Positions 17,375-25,566 of a stretch of DNA of 38,891 bases are shown here, piece after piece; the stretch's first letter is position 1, and each line of letters starts with the position of its first letter. Origin of the DNA: Armatimonadota bacterium. Its GTDB lineage: Bacteria > Armatimonadota > Fimbriimonadia > Fimbriimonadales > ATM1. The translations under genes and the position numbers were made by a program. Where the stretch lies: contig JBFMFD010000001.1 in NCBI GenBank assembly GCA_040752255.1, positions 1-38,891 on the forward strand. The letters are read 5' to 3'. A model generated the notes under the pieces. That model was not told the DNA's origin. It made no database searches and worked only from the letters and a program-made list of their open reading frames with translations.

Positions 17375-18493
17375 ATGCTCGATCCACGTGTTACGAAACT
17401 GGCAAACCTCCTGTGCGAGCACAGCACGCGGCTGAAGGACGGGGACAACCTCCTCGTCGAGGCGTTTGACATTCCGCCCGAGTGCGTCGCGGAAGTGGTC
17501 CGCGTAGCGCGAGAGCATGGCGCAAACGTCGTCGCGCAGACCTACTCGACGCGGGTGCAGCGGGCGTTGTTGCTGCACATGAGCGAGCGGAACGCCGACC
17601 TGTGCGCGGAGGTTGACCGTTTTCGTATGGAGAAGATGGACGCCTACATCGCGCTTCGCGGCGCAGACAACGTGATGGAGGCAAGCGATGTGCCGACCGC
17701 CAACATGAAGATGTGGAACCAAAGGTACGGCGTGCCTGTACACTTTGAGGTTCGCGTGCCGAAGACACGCTGGGTCGTGCTCCGCTGGCCTACCCCGAGC
17801 ATGGCGCAGCAGGCGAGCACGAGCACCGACGCCTTCGAGGACTTCTACTTCCGCGTGTGCACTCTCGACTACGGCAAGATGGCGAAGGCGGTCGAGCCGC
17901 TGGTATCGCTGATGGAGCGCACGGATCGCGTTGAGATAACCGGCCCAGGAACCGACCTCTCGTTCAGCATCAAGGACATTCCGGTTGTGCCGTGCGTCGG
18001 CCTGCGGAACATCCCCGACGGGGAGTGCTTCACCGCGCCGGTGCGAGACTCGGTGAACGGGACCCTGCAGTACAACACGGACACGCTTTACCAGGGCAAA
18101 CTGTTCAAGAAGCCGAGACTCACCTTCAAAGATGGTCGCATCGTCGAGGTGAGCGCCGCCGAGATGACCGACGCGATGAACGAGGTGCTCGACACCGACG
18201 AAGGCGCGCGCTACATTGGAGAGTGGAGCCTCGGCTTCAACCCGCACATCCAGCACCCGATGCTCGATACGCTGTTCGACGAGAAGATTGCGGGGAGTTT
18301 TCACATGACGCCGGGGAACGCCTATGACGAGGCGGACAACGGCAACGACAGCGCGGTGCACTGGGACATGGTTTGCATCCAGCGCGCGGAGTACGGCGGG
18401 GGCGAGATTCGGTTTGACGGAGAGGTGATTCGCAAGGATGGCGTATTCGTTCACCCTGACCTTGCGGCTCTGAATCCGCAATCTCTCGCCTAG
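17375..18493 (+). CDS. M29-family aminopeptidase (AmpS/PepS type)
   Basis: LDPRVTKLANLLCEHSTRLKDGDNLLVEA..., GECFTAP, EWSLGFNP, HMTPGNAY, NDSAVHWDMV and GGGEIRFDGEVIRKDGVF are typical of thermophilic metalloprotease M29. Confidence 0.85.
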   Translation: MLDPRVTKLANLLCEHSTRLKDGDNLLVEAFDIPPECVAEVVRVAREHGANVVAQTYSTRVQRALLLHMSERNADLCAEVDRFRMEKMDAYIALRGADNVMEASDVPTANMKMWNQRYGVPVHFEVRVPKTRWVVLRWPTPSMAQQASTSTDAFEDFYFRVCTLDYGKMAKAVEPLVSLMERTDRVEITGPGTDLSFSIKDIPVVPCVGLRNIPDGECFTAPVRDSVNGTLQYNTDTLYQGKLFKKPRLTFKDGRIVEVSAAEMTDAMNEVLDTDEGARYIGEWSLGFNPHIQHPMLDTLFDEKIAGSFHMTPGNAYDEADNGNDSAVHWDMVCIQRAEYGGGEIRFDGEVIRKDGVFVHPDLAALNPQSLA

Positions 18494-20388
18494 CGAGAGG
18501 CCTGCGTGAGCGAAGCAAGCCCCTCGCGGGCGACGTCGTTTTGCGGGTTGATGCTTAGGGCGCGCTGATAGTGAAGCGCCGCGAGGTCTTTGCGCCCTGC
18601 CGCAACCAGGCTTTCGGCAACCTGCACCTCTGCCACGTCCCACGGCGGCAGAACGGAGAGCGCGGCCTCTACTTGCTCGAGGCCTTCGTCCACCGATCCG
18701 GTTCGGATCAGCGAGACGCCCAGGCGATACTGCGAGTTTGCGTCGCCGCTGTTGAGACGAAGCGCCTCGCGCAGGTGCGGAAGGGCGTGCCGGTATAGGC
18801 CGCCGTTGAAGAGATGAAGCCCATAGACGCGGTGCTCATCTGCGGCGGAAGCCTTCGGAATCGTGTTCGCCATCAACCGACCGACGAGCGCCTCGCGCGT
18901 GCTCTCGGTGCGAACGGTGTTGATCGCTTGCACCATCTCCTCCCACGGCTTGGCCGCCAGCGGGTCTGAGGCAACCGCAGAGGCGAGTGTCAGCGCAGCA
19001 CCGGCGGCGATCGCGTCGGCGGTCCTGCGGCACAAGCTCGCCAGCGGCGGAAGCGCGCGAGAGTCATCTGCTGCGGCGTGGTACACATTCGCGATGCGCA
19101 GCAGGGTGCTCGCCGGTGGGGTGTACTCCTGAGCCAACCGCAAGACATCGCCGAGCACTTCAACGGCGAGCGCGTGGTTTCCGAGAGCGGAGAGGTGCTC
19201 GGCAAGGCGCAACGAAACGATCAGCGCTGAATGTTCGCGAACGATGCCGTCCCACCGCCCGGGCCACGGCGCAGCGAGGTTCTCGTTCAGCTGGGTGGCA
19301 TCCTTGAGGCGGCGCGCGTCTGAGACGAGGTCCGCGGGCGCAATCGCGCCGGTGTACATTTTGACGATCCGACCGTTGCTGTTGACCAGGACGCTGCTTG
19401 GAAGAACGATATCCTGCTCGCGATCAACGAGAACGCGCTGCAGAGCCTGATAGAGCGTAAGCATCTGCTGGTCGGCGATTCCGGTGTCGAACCAGAAGCG
19501 GGCCTCTTGTACCTGCTTGCGCGCCGTATCTAGGTCCTTCGGCTCATCAACCGTCAGAGCGACGATGCGGATGCCGGCGGCTTCGAGGGACCTGCGCGCG
19601 CTTTGGAATTCACCCATCTCCTTCTTGCACGCGGCGCACCAGGATGCCCAGAAGTTGATCAGCGTGACACCCTCACCCACAAGCGGCAGCACGCCGCCTT
19701 CAAGCGACCGAGCACTCAGAATGGGCATGCGCGGCGGGTAGGCGAGGGCGACCGAGCCGGTGGGCGAGAAGTGAGCCTCTGGGATGCGCTCCTCCGTCCA
19801 AGAGAGCGGCTCGTCGAACGGTTGCGCCTCGGCGCCCGCGGCTCCCTCCGTGAGAACGTAGCGTCGGTTGGGTCGGATGCCCTCAAACGTCTGCGTTACT
19901 CCGCTGGGCCAGCGCACGCGTAGGGCGACCGGCGCATTGTGGCTTCCCAACCCGAAGTGGAGCCACTTAGTTCCCTGGGCAAGGAAGCCCGTGCCTGCTC
20001 TCACCGTGTCGTGCAGGGGCTTGCCGGCGCCGAGGACCTCGACCCGCGCGCCGACGGCGTCCTTGTTCGACTGCGTTCCTACAAGGCGGACGGCGATAGA
20101 GTTGCCGCCCGTCTCAGTCTGGTTGAGCAGCAGGCGGACTTGCGGGCCGGTGCGGTTTCGGAGCCAGACATCGAGGTCTCCGTCTCCGTCCCAGTCAACG
20201 AACACGACGGCTCGCGCATCGTCGGAATACAACAACCCGGACACGTAGGAGACGTCGTAGAAGCGTCCGGTGCCGGTGTTGATGAGGGCGACGTTCGGCT
20301 CGTGCCCGCTCCAGGAAAGCCCCTGCCTGAGTTGTGCCTGCAACGCGGACCAACTGGTCATGTACGCGGTCGGGTCTTGCCCCTTCAC
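18490..20388 (-). CDS. C-terminal part of a CRTAC1/ASPIC-UnbV-type protein: UnbV/ASPIC module, TlpA-like thioredoxin (WCAAC) and TPR repeats
   Basis: SWSGHEPNVALINTGTGRFYDVS...VDWDGDGDLDVWLRNRTGPQVRLLLNQ...NSIAVRLVGTQSNKDAVGARVEV is the UnbV_ASPIC signature. INFWASWCAACKKEM (19627..19638 encodes CAAC) is a redoxin motif. The C-terminus is TPR-like. The listed GTG start has no SD, and the ORF is in frame with 20425..22200. Confidence 0.8.
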   Translation of the reverse strand: MKGQDPTAYMTSWSALQAQLRQGLSWSGHEPNVALINTGTGRFYDVSYVSGLLYSDDARAVVFVDWDGDGDLDVWLRNRTGPQVRLLLNQTETGGNSIAVRLVGTQSNKDAVGARVEVLGAGKPLHDTVRAGTGFLAQGTKWLHFGLGSHNAPVALRVRWPSGVTQTFEGIRPNRRYVLTEGAAGAEAQPFDEPLSWTEERIPEAHFSPTGSVALAYPPRMPILSARSLEGGVLPLVGEGVTLINFWASWCAACKKEMGEFQSARRSLEAAGIRIVALTVDEPKDLDTARKQVQEARFWFDTGIADQQMLTLYQALQRVLVDREQDIVLPSSVLVNSNGRIVKMYTGAIAPADLVSDARRLKDATQLNENLAAPWPGRWDGIVREHSALIVSLRLAEHLSALGNHALAVEVLGDVLRLAQEYTPPASTLLRIANVYHAAADDSRALPPLASLCRRTADAIAAGAALTLASAVASDPLAAKPWEEMVQAINTVRTESTREALVGRLMANTIPKASAADEHRVYGLHLFNGGLYRHALPHLREALRLNSGDANSQYRLGVSLIRTGSVDEGLEQVEAALSVLPPWDVAEVQVAESLVAAGRKDLAALHYQRALSINPQNDVAREGLASLTQASR

Positions 20389-20396
20389 CGGCGACT

Positions 20397-20427
20397 GCGC
20401 CGCGACGCGGCGCCAGAAGAAGCTTCA
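20397..20427 (-). other. In-frame TGA (20425..20427) followed 11 nt later by a GC hairpin (20397..20413)
   Basis: The mRNA sense reads ...GAC GAC TTG TGA AGCTTCTTCTG GCGCCGCGTCGCGGCGC AG.... The hairpin has a 7-bp GC stem and a GUC apical loop. The reading frame is continuous on both sides (...TNTDADDL*SFFWRRVAAQSPVKGQDP...). Confidence 0.6.
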
Positions 20428-22200
20428 CAAGTCGTCGGCGTCGGTGTTGGTGATGAAGCCGTTCGGGCTGATGATATCCAGCCAGCCGTCGTTGTTCAGG
20501 TCGCCGAAGTGGGCGCCCCAGGCGAAGCGCCCCATCTCCGTGCGCGTCTCCATGGTTACATCGCTGAACGAGCCGTCGCCACGATTCTCGAAGAGACTGT
20601 TGCCGCGAGCGAAGTACTGAAGGTTCCTCGTGAACCCGCCGGTCGGCTCGAAGGCTCGTTGATACGTTACGCGGTTTCCTGCGGACGACCACATGTTCGT
20701 GACGTACAGGTCCATCAAGCCGTCTCGGTTGTAGTCTCCCCAAGAGACGCCCATCCCCGCGGCCTGATCCTGAACGCCTGCTTCTTCTGCACGCTCAACG
20801 AAGCGTCCGCCCTCGTTCACATACAGCTGATTCGGGCCAAAGTCGTTGGCGACGTAAAGATCTTGGTCGCCGTCGTTGTCGAAGTCTTCCCAAGCCGCGG
20901 CGAACGTCTGCCGATTGTTGTTGACGTTCAAGCCGACATCGTTCGTTACGTTTCGGAAGCGGAACGCACCGTCGTTCTTCAGCAGCGTGTTGGGCAGGCC
21001 CTGGTCAGAGTCGAAGATAGCCGCGCCGGTCGAGTTCGCCTGGCCTGAAGAGGTGTACTCGCAGAGATAGATGTCCACGAAGCCGTCTCGATCGTAGTCC
21101 GCGGCGGCCATTGAGGTCAACATGATGACTCGGTAGCGAGCCATCGGCTCGAACTTGCCGGTGCCGTCCCCTTTCATGAACAAGACGTGCGACACGGTGC
21201 CGACGACCAGGTCTTGGTTGCCGTCGTTGTCGAGGTCGAGGATCAGAGCGCTCGCCGTGTCGTTGAGCAGGTCTGCGCCGGACTCTCTCGAGGCGTCCCG
21301 TAGCGTTCCGGCGCCGGTGCGGAGGTACAGACGGTTCGGCAACCCGCCCGGCTGACACACGTACAGGTCGTCGAGGCCGTCGTTGTTGACGTCGCCAAAG
21401 GCGAAGCCGTAGTGCCCTGCGAGTGTGCCGCCCATTGAAAAGTCAAGTCCACCCCACCATCGCTCGAAGCCTTGATTGAGTTGCTCAAAGCTCTCGACAT
21501 CTTTGAAGGCGACCCTTGTAACCTCGCGCAGAAGCGGACGGGCGCGGCTGATCTCCTCGAACTCTTGCACGGTGAGGGACTTCAGCACGGGCTTATCGGG
21601 CCCTTTGGAAACGTCCCATGTGGCGGTCCACTTCGCGTTCTGCTGGACCACCCTGGTTGGTGAGCGCCCAGCGCCGAGATAGAGGAGGGTCGTTGTGCCT
21701 TCGGTTCCGACGACGTCGCTTCGGACTATCTTGAACTTGATCATGTCGACCGTCTCGCCGAGCGCCGCTCGCAGTTCGTTCCACGCGGATGCGACCGCGT
21801 CGGGACCCGTACCGGAGACGGGCGAGGCGGTGCCGTGGTGGGCGGTGATGCCGTCGCGCGCCCATGCGACTTCCACCCTCTTGGGCCTGAGTTCGGTCAG
21901 AGAAGCGCCGTCGGCGACAAACTCGGAGATCTCGCCACCCGAGGCGACCGCCTTGTCAATGGAGGAAAGCGCCTTACCCGCCGCGCTGTTCAGCGCCTCG
22001 CCCGCGCCCAAGTCGGCATCTTTCTGAGGGTCGAAGTAGGTGACCTCTTCGGCGATCCGCTCGTCCAACTTGACGTCAACAGCACCGAGCTCCTCGGGTC
22101 GGTACTCGACCGACGAGGTCTGAGCCTGGTCGCCGCCCGGAGAGCACGCCCCCCAGATCGCCGCCGACAGGAAGAAAACAGCCAGCTTGCGTGCCTGCAA
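20425..22200 (-). CDS. N-terminal part of the same CRTAC1/ASPIC-type protein: lipoprotein signal plus FG-GAP/VCBS repeats
   Basis: TTG start. MQARKLAVFFLSAAIWGAC is lipobox-like. The repeats read GDVNNDGLDDLYV, LDLDNDGNQDLVV, ADYDRDGFVDIYL, EDFDNDGDQDLYVAN, GDYNRDGLMDLYVTN and GDLNNDGWLDIISPNG. The ORF ends at an in-frame TGA. Confidence 0.85.
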   Translation of the reverse strand: MQARKLAVFFLSAAIWGACSPGGDQAQTSSVEYRPEELGAVDVKLDERIAEEVTYFDPQKDADLGAGEALNSAAGKALSSIDKAVASGGEISEFVADGASLTELRPKRVEVAWARDGITAHHGTASPVSGTGPDAVASAWNELRAALGETVDMIKFKIVRSDVVGTEGTTTLLYLGAGRSPTRVVQQNAKWTATWDVSKGPDKPVLKSLTVQEFEEISRARPLLREVTRVAFKDVESFEQLNQGFERWWGGLDFSMGGTLAGHYGFAFGDVNNDGLDDLYVCQPGGLPNRLYLRTGAGTLRDASRESGADLLNDTASALILDLDNDGNQDLVVGTVSHVLFMKGDGTGKFEPMARYRVIMLTSMAAADYDRDGFVDIYLCEYTSSGQANSTGAAIFDSDQGLPNTLLKNDGAFRFRNVTNDVGLNVNNNRQTFAAAWEDFDNDGDQDLYVANDFGPNQLYVNEGGRFVERAEEAGVQDQAAGMGVSWGDYNRDGLMDLYVTNMWSSAGNRVTYQRAFEPTGGFTRNLQYFARGNSLFENRGDGSFSDVTMETRTEMGRFAWGAHFGDLNNDGWLDIISPNGFITNTDADDL

Positions 22201-22240
22201 TCCACGCCCCCCTGCACAGGGATGCCTGACTGTAGTTTAC

Positions 22241-22271
22241 ACGAAAAGGGGCAAGTTGCAACACTTGCCCC
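22241..22271 (-). terminator. Rho-independent terminator after the DUF4139-like gene
   Basis: The minus strand reads GGGGCAAGT-GTTGCA-ACTTGCCCC followed by TTTTCGT (9-bp stem). The + strand side is also T-rich. Confidence 0.75.
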
Positions 22272-22307
22272 TTCTTTCTCGCCACTATCCCGCAAAAACT
22301 GGTAACC

Positions 22308-23741
22308 TTACCAGGTAGTCCGGATGGTGTACCTCACGACCTTCTGCTCGTCGGGCTGTAGGCGCAAGCTGTAGCGGAAGGTGTTCGAGTCCATCTTCTC
22401 GCTCTGCTGCGACTCGGAGACGATCTCCCAGTCGCTCCAGCCGTGCTCGATGACCTCGACGGTCTCGGCGACCTTCTTGCGATTTCGAACTGTAATTTCG
22501 AAGGTCTCCTCAACGACGTTCGACGCGATTCGCCGGAAGGATGTCCGCTTGCGCTCTGCGACGATGTCGAAGGCGTCGCCGATGTAGAGGCGAATCTTCT
22601 CTTCGCGCGGCGTGTGGTCGATCTGGTCCTCTCCGAGCATCTGCACCTGCCCTGAGGTATCCCTCTTGTAGACCCTAACCTTGCCCTTAGGCAGGGGCAT
22701 GCCGAGTCGGTTCTGGTCGCTGTTTGCAACCTCGACAACGATGTTGGCTTTGACGTTCGGATCTGTTGCGTATCCCTCACCGGGGCGATACGACCTGCCG
22801 TACCCCCTCCAGACCGACTGCTGCCCTTCGACGATGAGCCGCTTGGTTACCGCGGCGCCCTGCGCGGAGAGCAGGCTGATCTGCTTCGTCTCTCGGTTCC
22901 GCACGGTAGCCGGTCGCCCGAGCGTGTAGAGGTGATACTCGAACAGGGTCTCCTCGGCGAAGCCGAGGTCCGCTCGTGCCTGTTCCGGCATTCCTGCCCC
23001 GCCGCGACCTCCGAACTGGCGCGCCGGTTGGATGCGCCGCACGTCGCCGGCGATCAGTTTGAGCGTTGCGTTGTTGTAGGTCGCGCCGGACTGGTTGTTG
23101 ATGGTGACCCAGCCGTTGAGGTCCGCCATCGTGTCGTCGGCGCTCAGCGTGAGCACGTAGTCCGCCGACCAAGTGATGTTCTCTGTCAGGTAGGCGAGTT
23201 CGATGTTCCTTGCGCCACCGGTCGGCGCGAGGATGTCCCACATCAGGGTGGGCTTACTGATGAGCCCCTCTGGAAGTTCGAGCACTTCGATCGTTCCCGT
23301 TGGGTTGAGGATGAACCTGCCGTCATCCGTTTGAAGCACCAGGCCGCTGTACGTTTGCATCGCGCCACTCCCGGTGTTGACGACTCTGCCGGGAGCGCTC
23401 AGAAGAACGCCCTCCGTCGTTATCATCTGTCCGGAATCGAGCAGTTGCCGAAGGCGGATGCGCTTCCCGATAGACTTGGCAAGGATGCTCTCCGGCGACA
23501 GCAGGTCATATTGGTAGTTCTGTTCCAGCACTTCGATCGGCCCACCGGTGAGCGGTCGAATCGTTACGCTGGTCGGGTCAATTCTTTCGGCGACATCCTC
23601 GATTCGCAACTCCTGCCTGCCCTGCTGCAGGTTGACGGAGCGGACCTCTTTGACCAAGCCGAAGTTGGCGTTGTAGATGGTGATTTCGACTGATTGCGGC
23701 GCGGCCGCCACAATCAGTCCGGCGATCGTCAGTGTCAGCAT
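22308..23741 (-). CDS. DUF4139-like secreted protein
   Basis: An AAGGAGGAG RBS lies upstream. The N-terminus reads VEITIYNANFGLVKEVRSVNLQQGRQELRIEDVAERIDPTSVTIRPL...VLEQNYQYDLLSPESILAKSIGKRIRL. The C-terminal ...TFEITVRNRKKVAETVEVIE... pattern matches my memory of the DUF4139/DUF4140 family. Confidence 0.6.
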   Translation of the reverse strand: MLTLTIAGLIVAAAPQSVEITIYNANFGLVKEVRSVNLQQGRQELRIEDVAERIDPTSVTIRPLTGGPIEVLEQNYQYDLLSPESILAKSIGKRIRLRQLLDSGQMITTEGVLLSAPGRVVNTGSGAMQTYSGLVLQTDDGRFILNPTGTIEVLELPEGLISKPTLMWDILAPTGGARNIELAYLTENITWSADYVLTLSADDTMADLNGWVTINNQSGATYNNATLKLIAGDVRRIQPARQFGGRGGAGMPEQARADLGFAEETLFEYHLYTLGRPATVRNRETKQISLLSAQGAAVTKRLIVEGQQSVWRGYGRSYRPGEGYATDPNVKANIVVEVANSDQNRLGMPLPKGKVRVYKRDTSGQVQMLGEDQIDHTPREEKIRLYIGDAFDIVAERKRTSFRRIASNVVEETFEITVRNRKKVAETVEVIEHGWSDWEIVSESQQSEKMDSNTFRYSLRLQPDEQKVVRYTIRTTW

Positions 23742-23803
23742 TCTTTCTCCTCCTTGTTCTCTTGGACGTTACGAGCGCATCGCAGAGTTACCCAGGTCGA
23801 AGA

Positions 23804-24946
23804 CTAGTACACCGCGAGCGTGGGGTCAACTTCCCGCGCGTAGGCGTTGATTCCGCCCTCGACGTTGTAGACCCTCTTGAATCCCCGCCGCATCAGGTAC
23901 TCAGCCACCTCCTCGCTCCTCGCGCCTACTCGGCAAAGAACGAGGATCTCGTGGGTCGGGTCGAGTTCCCCGATGCGTTGAGGGATCTCGTCCATTGGGA
24001 TATGACGACACGGCTCCAGTTTCGATACAAGCAACTCCTCCGGCTCGCGCACATCGAGCAGCACGGCACCCGCGGCGAGCCGCTCCCGCACGGCGCCGGG
24101 CGGGACGCTCTGGACGCGCGTAAAGGTTTGCGTTCGCGGCGGAGAGCACGAAACGATCGTGTCCTGAAGGCTGCGGATGGTCGGCGTCTCGCCGCAGACC
24201 GGGCAAGACGGGTCCCGCTCGACGTCGAAGCGCCGCGCCTCTGCCTTCAGAGCGTCGAAGACAAGCAGCCTTCCGACAAGGGGCTCGCCCACGCCGAGCA
24301 GCAACTTGAGCACCTCGTTCCCTTGGATTGCGCCGAGGATGCCGGGCAGCACACCGAGCACGCCTGCCTCGGCGCAACTCGGCACGCTCCCGGGTGGGGG
24401 AGGTTCTGGATAAAGGCAACGGTAGCACGGCCCGCCCGGCGCGGCAAACACCGACGCCTGACCTTCAAACCGGAAGATGGAAGCGTACGCGTTCGGCTTA
24501 CCGAGCATCACGCAGGCGTCGTTGACGAGGTAGCGAGTTGTGAAGTTGTCGGTACCGTCGGCAACCACGTCGTATTCTCGGATGAGGTCGAGGGCGTTAT
24601 CAGCCGAGAGGTGCGCGTCGTGCTCGACGATTTCGATGTACGGGTTGTAGGCGCGCAACTTCTCTGCGGCGCTGACGGTCTTCTTCCTGCCGATGTCTGT
24701 GTGAAGGTGAAGCGTCTGTCGCTGCAGGTTTGAGGCGTCCACCTCGTCGAAGTCCACCAGCCCGATGCGACCGACGCCCGCGCCTGCGAGGTACCAAGCC
24801 ACCGGCGAGCCGAGCCCACCGAGGCCCACGACGAGCGCGGAAGAAGCCTTCAGTCGCTCCTGCCCTTCGATGCCGACCTCGGGAAGGATGAGATGTCGTG
24901 CATAGCGCGACCGCTCCTCGGCGTTCAGCGGTGGGCGGTTGGTCAC
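23804..24946 (-). CDS. moeB: MoeB/ThiF-family adenylyltransferase fused to a C-terminal rhodanese domain (MoeZ/MoeBR type)
   Basis: RYARHLILPEVGIEGQERLKASSALVVGLGGLGSPVAWYLAGAGVGRIGLVDFDEVDASNLQRQ. It has Zn CxxC pairs (CYRC, CPVC) and the rhodanese loop LVLCRVGARS. GTG start at 24946. Confidence 0.92.
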   Translation of the reverse strand: MTNRPPLNAEERSRYARHLILPEVGIEGQERLKASSALVVGLGGLGSPVAWYLAGAGVGRIGLVDFDEVDASNLQRQTLHLHTDIGRKKTVSAAEKLRAYNPYIEIVEHDAHLSADNALDLIREYDVVADGTDNFTTRYLVNDACVMLGKPNAYASIFRFEGQASVFAAPGGPCYRCLYPEPPPPGSVPSCAEAGVLGVLPGILGAIQGNEVLKLLLGVGEPLVGRLLVFDALKAEARRFDVERDPSCPVCGETPTIRSLQDTIVSCSPPRTQTFTRVQSVPPGAVRERLAAGAVLLDVREPEELLVSKLEPCRHIPMDEIPQRIGELDPTHEILVLCRVGARSEEVAEYLMRRGFKRVYNVEGGINAYAREVDPTLAVY

Positions 24947-24949
24947 AAT
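24944..24949 (+). promoter_or_regulatory. -10-like CACAAT, 8 nt upstream of the maf ATG; it overlaps the moeB GTG start codon
   Basis: CACAAT-CTACGATT-ATG on the + strand. Confidence 0.3.
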
Positions 24950-24954
24950 CTACG

Positions 24955-24960
24955 ATTATG
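24955..24960 (-). promoter_or_regulatory. -10-like CATAAT, 8 nt upstream of the moeB GTG; it overlaps the maf ATG start codon
   Basis: CATAAT-CGTAGATT-GTG on the minus strand. Confidence 0.35.
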
Positions 24961-25566
24961 GTCTCACGGTATCCGGTTGTGCTGGCGAGCGAAAGCCCCC
25001 GCAGGCGCGAGTTGCTGTCGAAGATACTCGGGGAATTCGACGTGGTGCCCTCGGGTGTTCCCGAGGATGTGCCTGAGCGGGGGGAGCCGGAGCGCATCGC
25101 GAAACGCCTCGCAAGGGCGAAGGCGCTCGGCGTGGCGATAGCACGGCCGGGCGCGCTGGTCATCGGCGCCGACACGGTTGTCGCAATCGGTGACTTGCTG
25201 CTCGCGAAGCCGGGGACGCGCGAGGACGCCGTGCGGATGCTGATGACTCTCAGCGGGCGCGAGCACACGGTTACCACCGGCGTCGCGCTCGTTTGGCCCA
25301 GTGCGGATGGGAAGTCGGCCGGCAAGCACGCTTTCGCGGACACTGCTCGCGTTCGGTTCCGCCGCATCTCCAGCGATGAAGCGGCCGCCTACGTCGAGAT
25401 CGGCGAGCCGATGGACAAGGCCGGAGCGTATGCGATACAGGGCGGAGCGGCGCGGTTCGTCGAGTCGGTGGAGGGCGACACTGACACGGTCATAGGACTG
25501 CCGGTCGCCGCCCTGCGAGAAGCGCTGCTGCGGCTCCGTCTGGCGGTCGAGTTCGCCGAGCGTTAG
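24958..25566 (+). CDS. maf: Maf-family nucleoside triphosphate pyrophosphatase (septum formation protein)
   Basis: VVLASESPRRRELL, VIGADTVV, LAKPGTREDAVRMLMTLSGREHTVTTGVAL and DKAGAYAIQGGAARFVESVEGDTDTVIGLP. The track start at 24898 is an extension into moeB. Confidence 0.92.
   Translation: MVSRYPVVLASESPRRRELLSKILGEFDVVPSGVPEDVPERGEPERIAKRLARAKALGVAIARPGALVIGADTVVAIGDLLLAKPGTREDAVRMLMTLSGREHTVTTGVALVWPSADGKSAGKHAFADTARVRFRRISSDEAAAYVEIGEPMDKAGAYAIQGGAARFVESVEGDTDTVIGLPVAALREALLRLRLAVEFAER

Noticed and set aside
18490-18493. Convergent stop-codon overlaps (M29 peptidase with the ASPIC gene at 18490..18493; maf with STN paralog A at 25563..25566)
   Set aside because: These are real but are a trivial consequence of compact gene packing. 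No terminator or regulatory structure is evident there.
17240-18643. Many long antisense or alternative-frame ORFs, including 17240..18643 -, 19939..21048 +, 31045..32358 +, 33220..34227 +, 3403..4323 -, 4342..5469 -, 4415..5488 -, 9057..10139 -, 9661..10443 -, 12720..13592 -, 14544..15434 -, 22932..23693 +, 23732..24733 +, 24600..25367 -, 29734..30426 +, 34230..35066 -, 35451..36110 - and 36981..37688 +
   Set aside because: They are typical stop-poor shadow frames of high-GC DNA. Each lies opposite or out of frame with a gene carrying strong family motifs. They are Arg/Pro/Ala/Gly-rich, lack RBS or -10 context and show no recognisable domains.
20425-20427. Genome-wide reassignment of TGA (code 4 or code 25) as the explanation for the in-frame TGA
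   Set aside because: TGA clearly functions as a stop for many well-defined genes here (hisC, flgD, paralog 1, uvrA, hutI, the EEP gene). Any recoding would therefore have to be site-specific.
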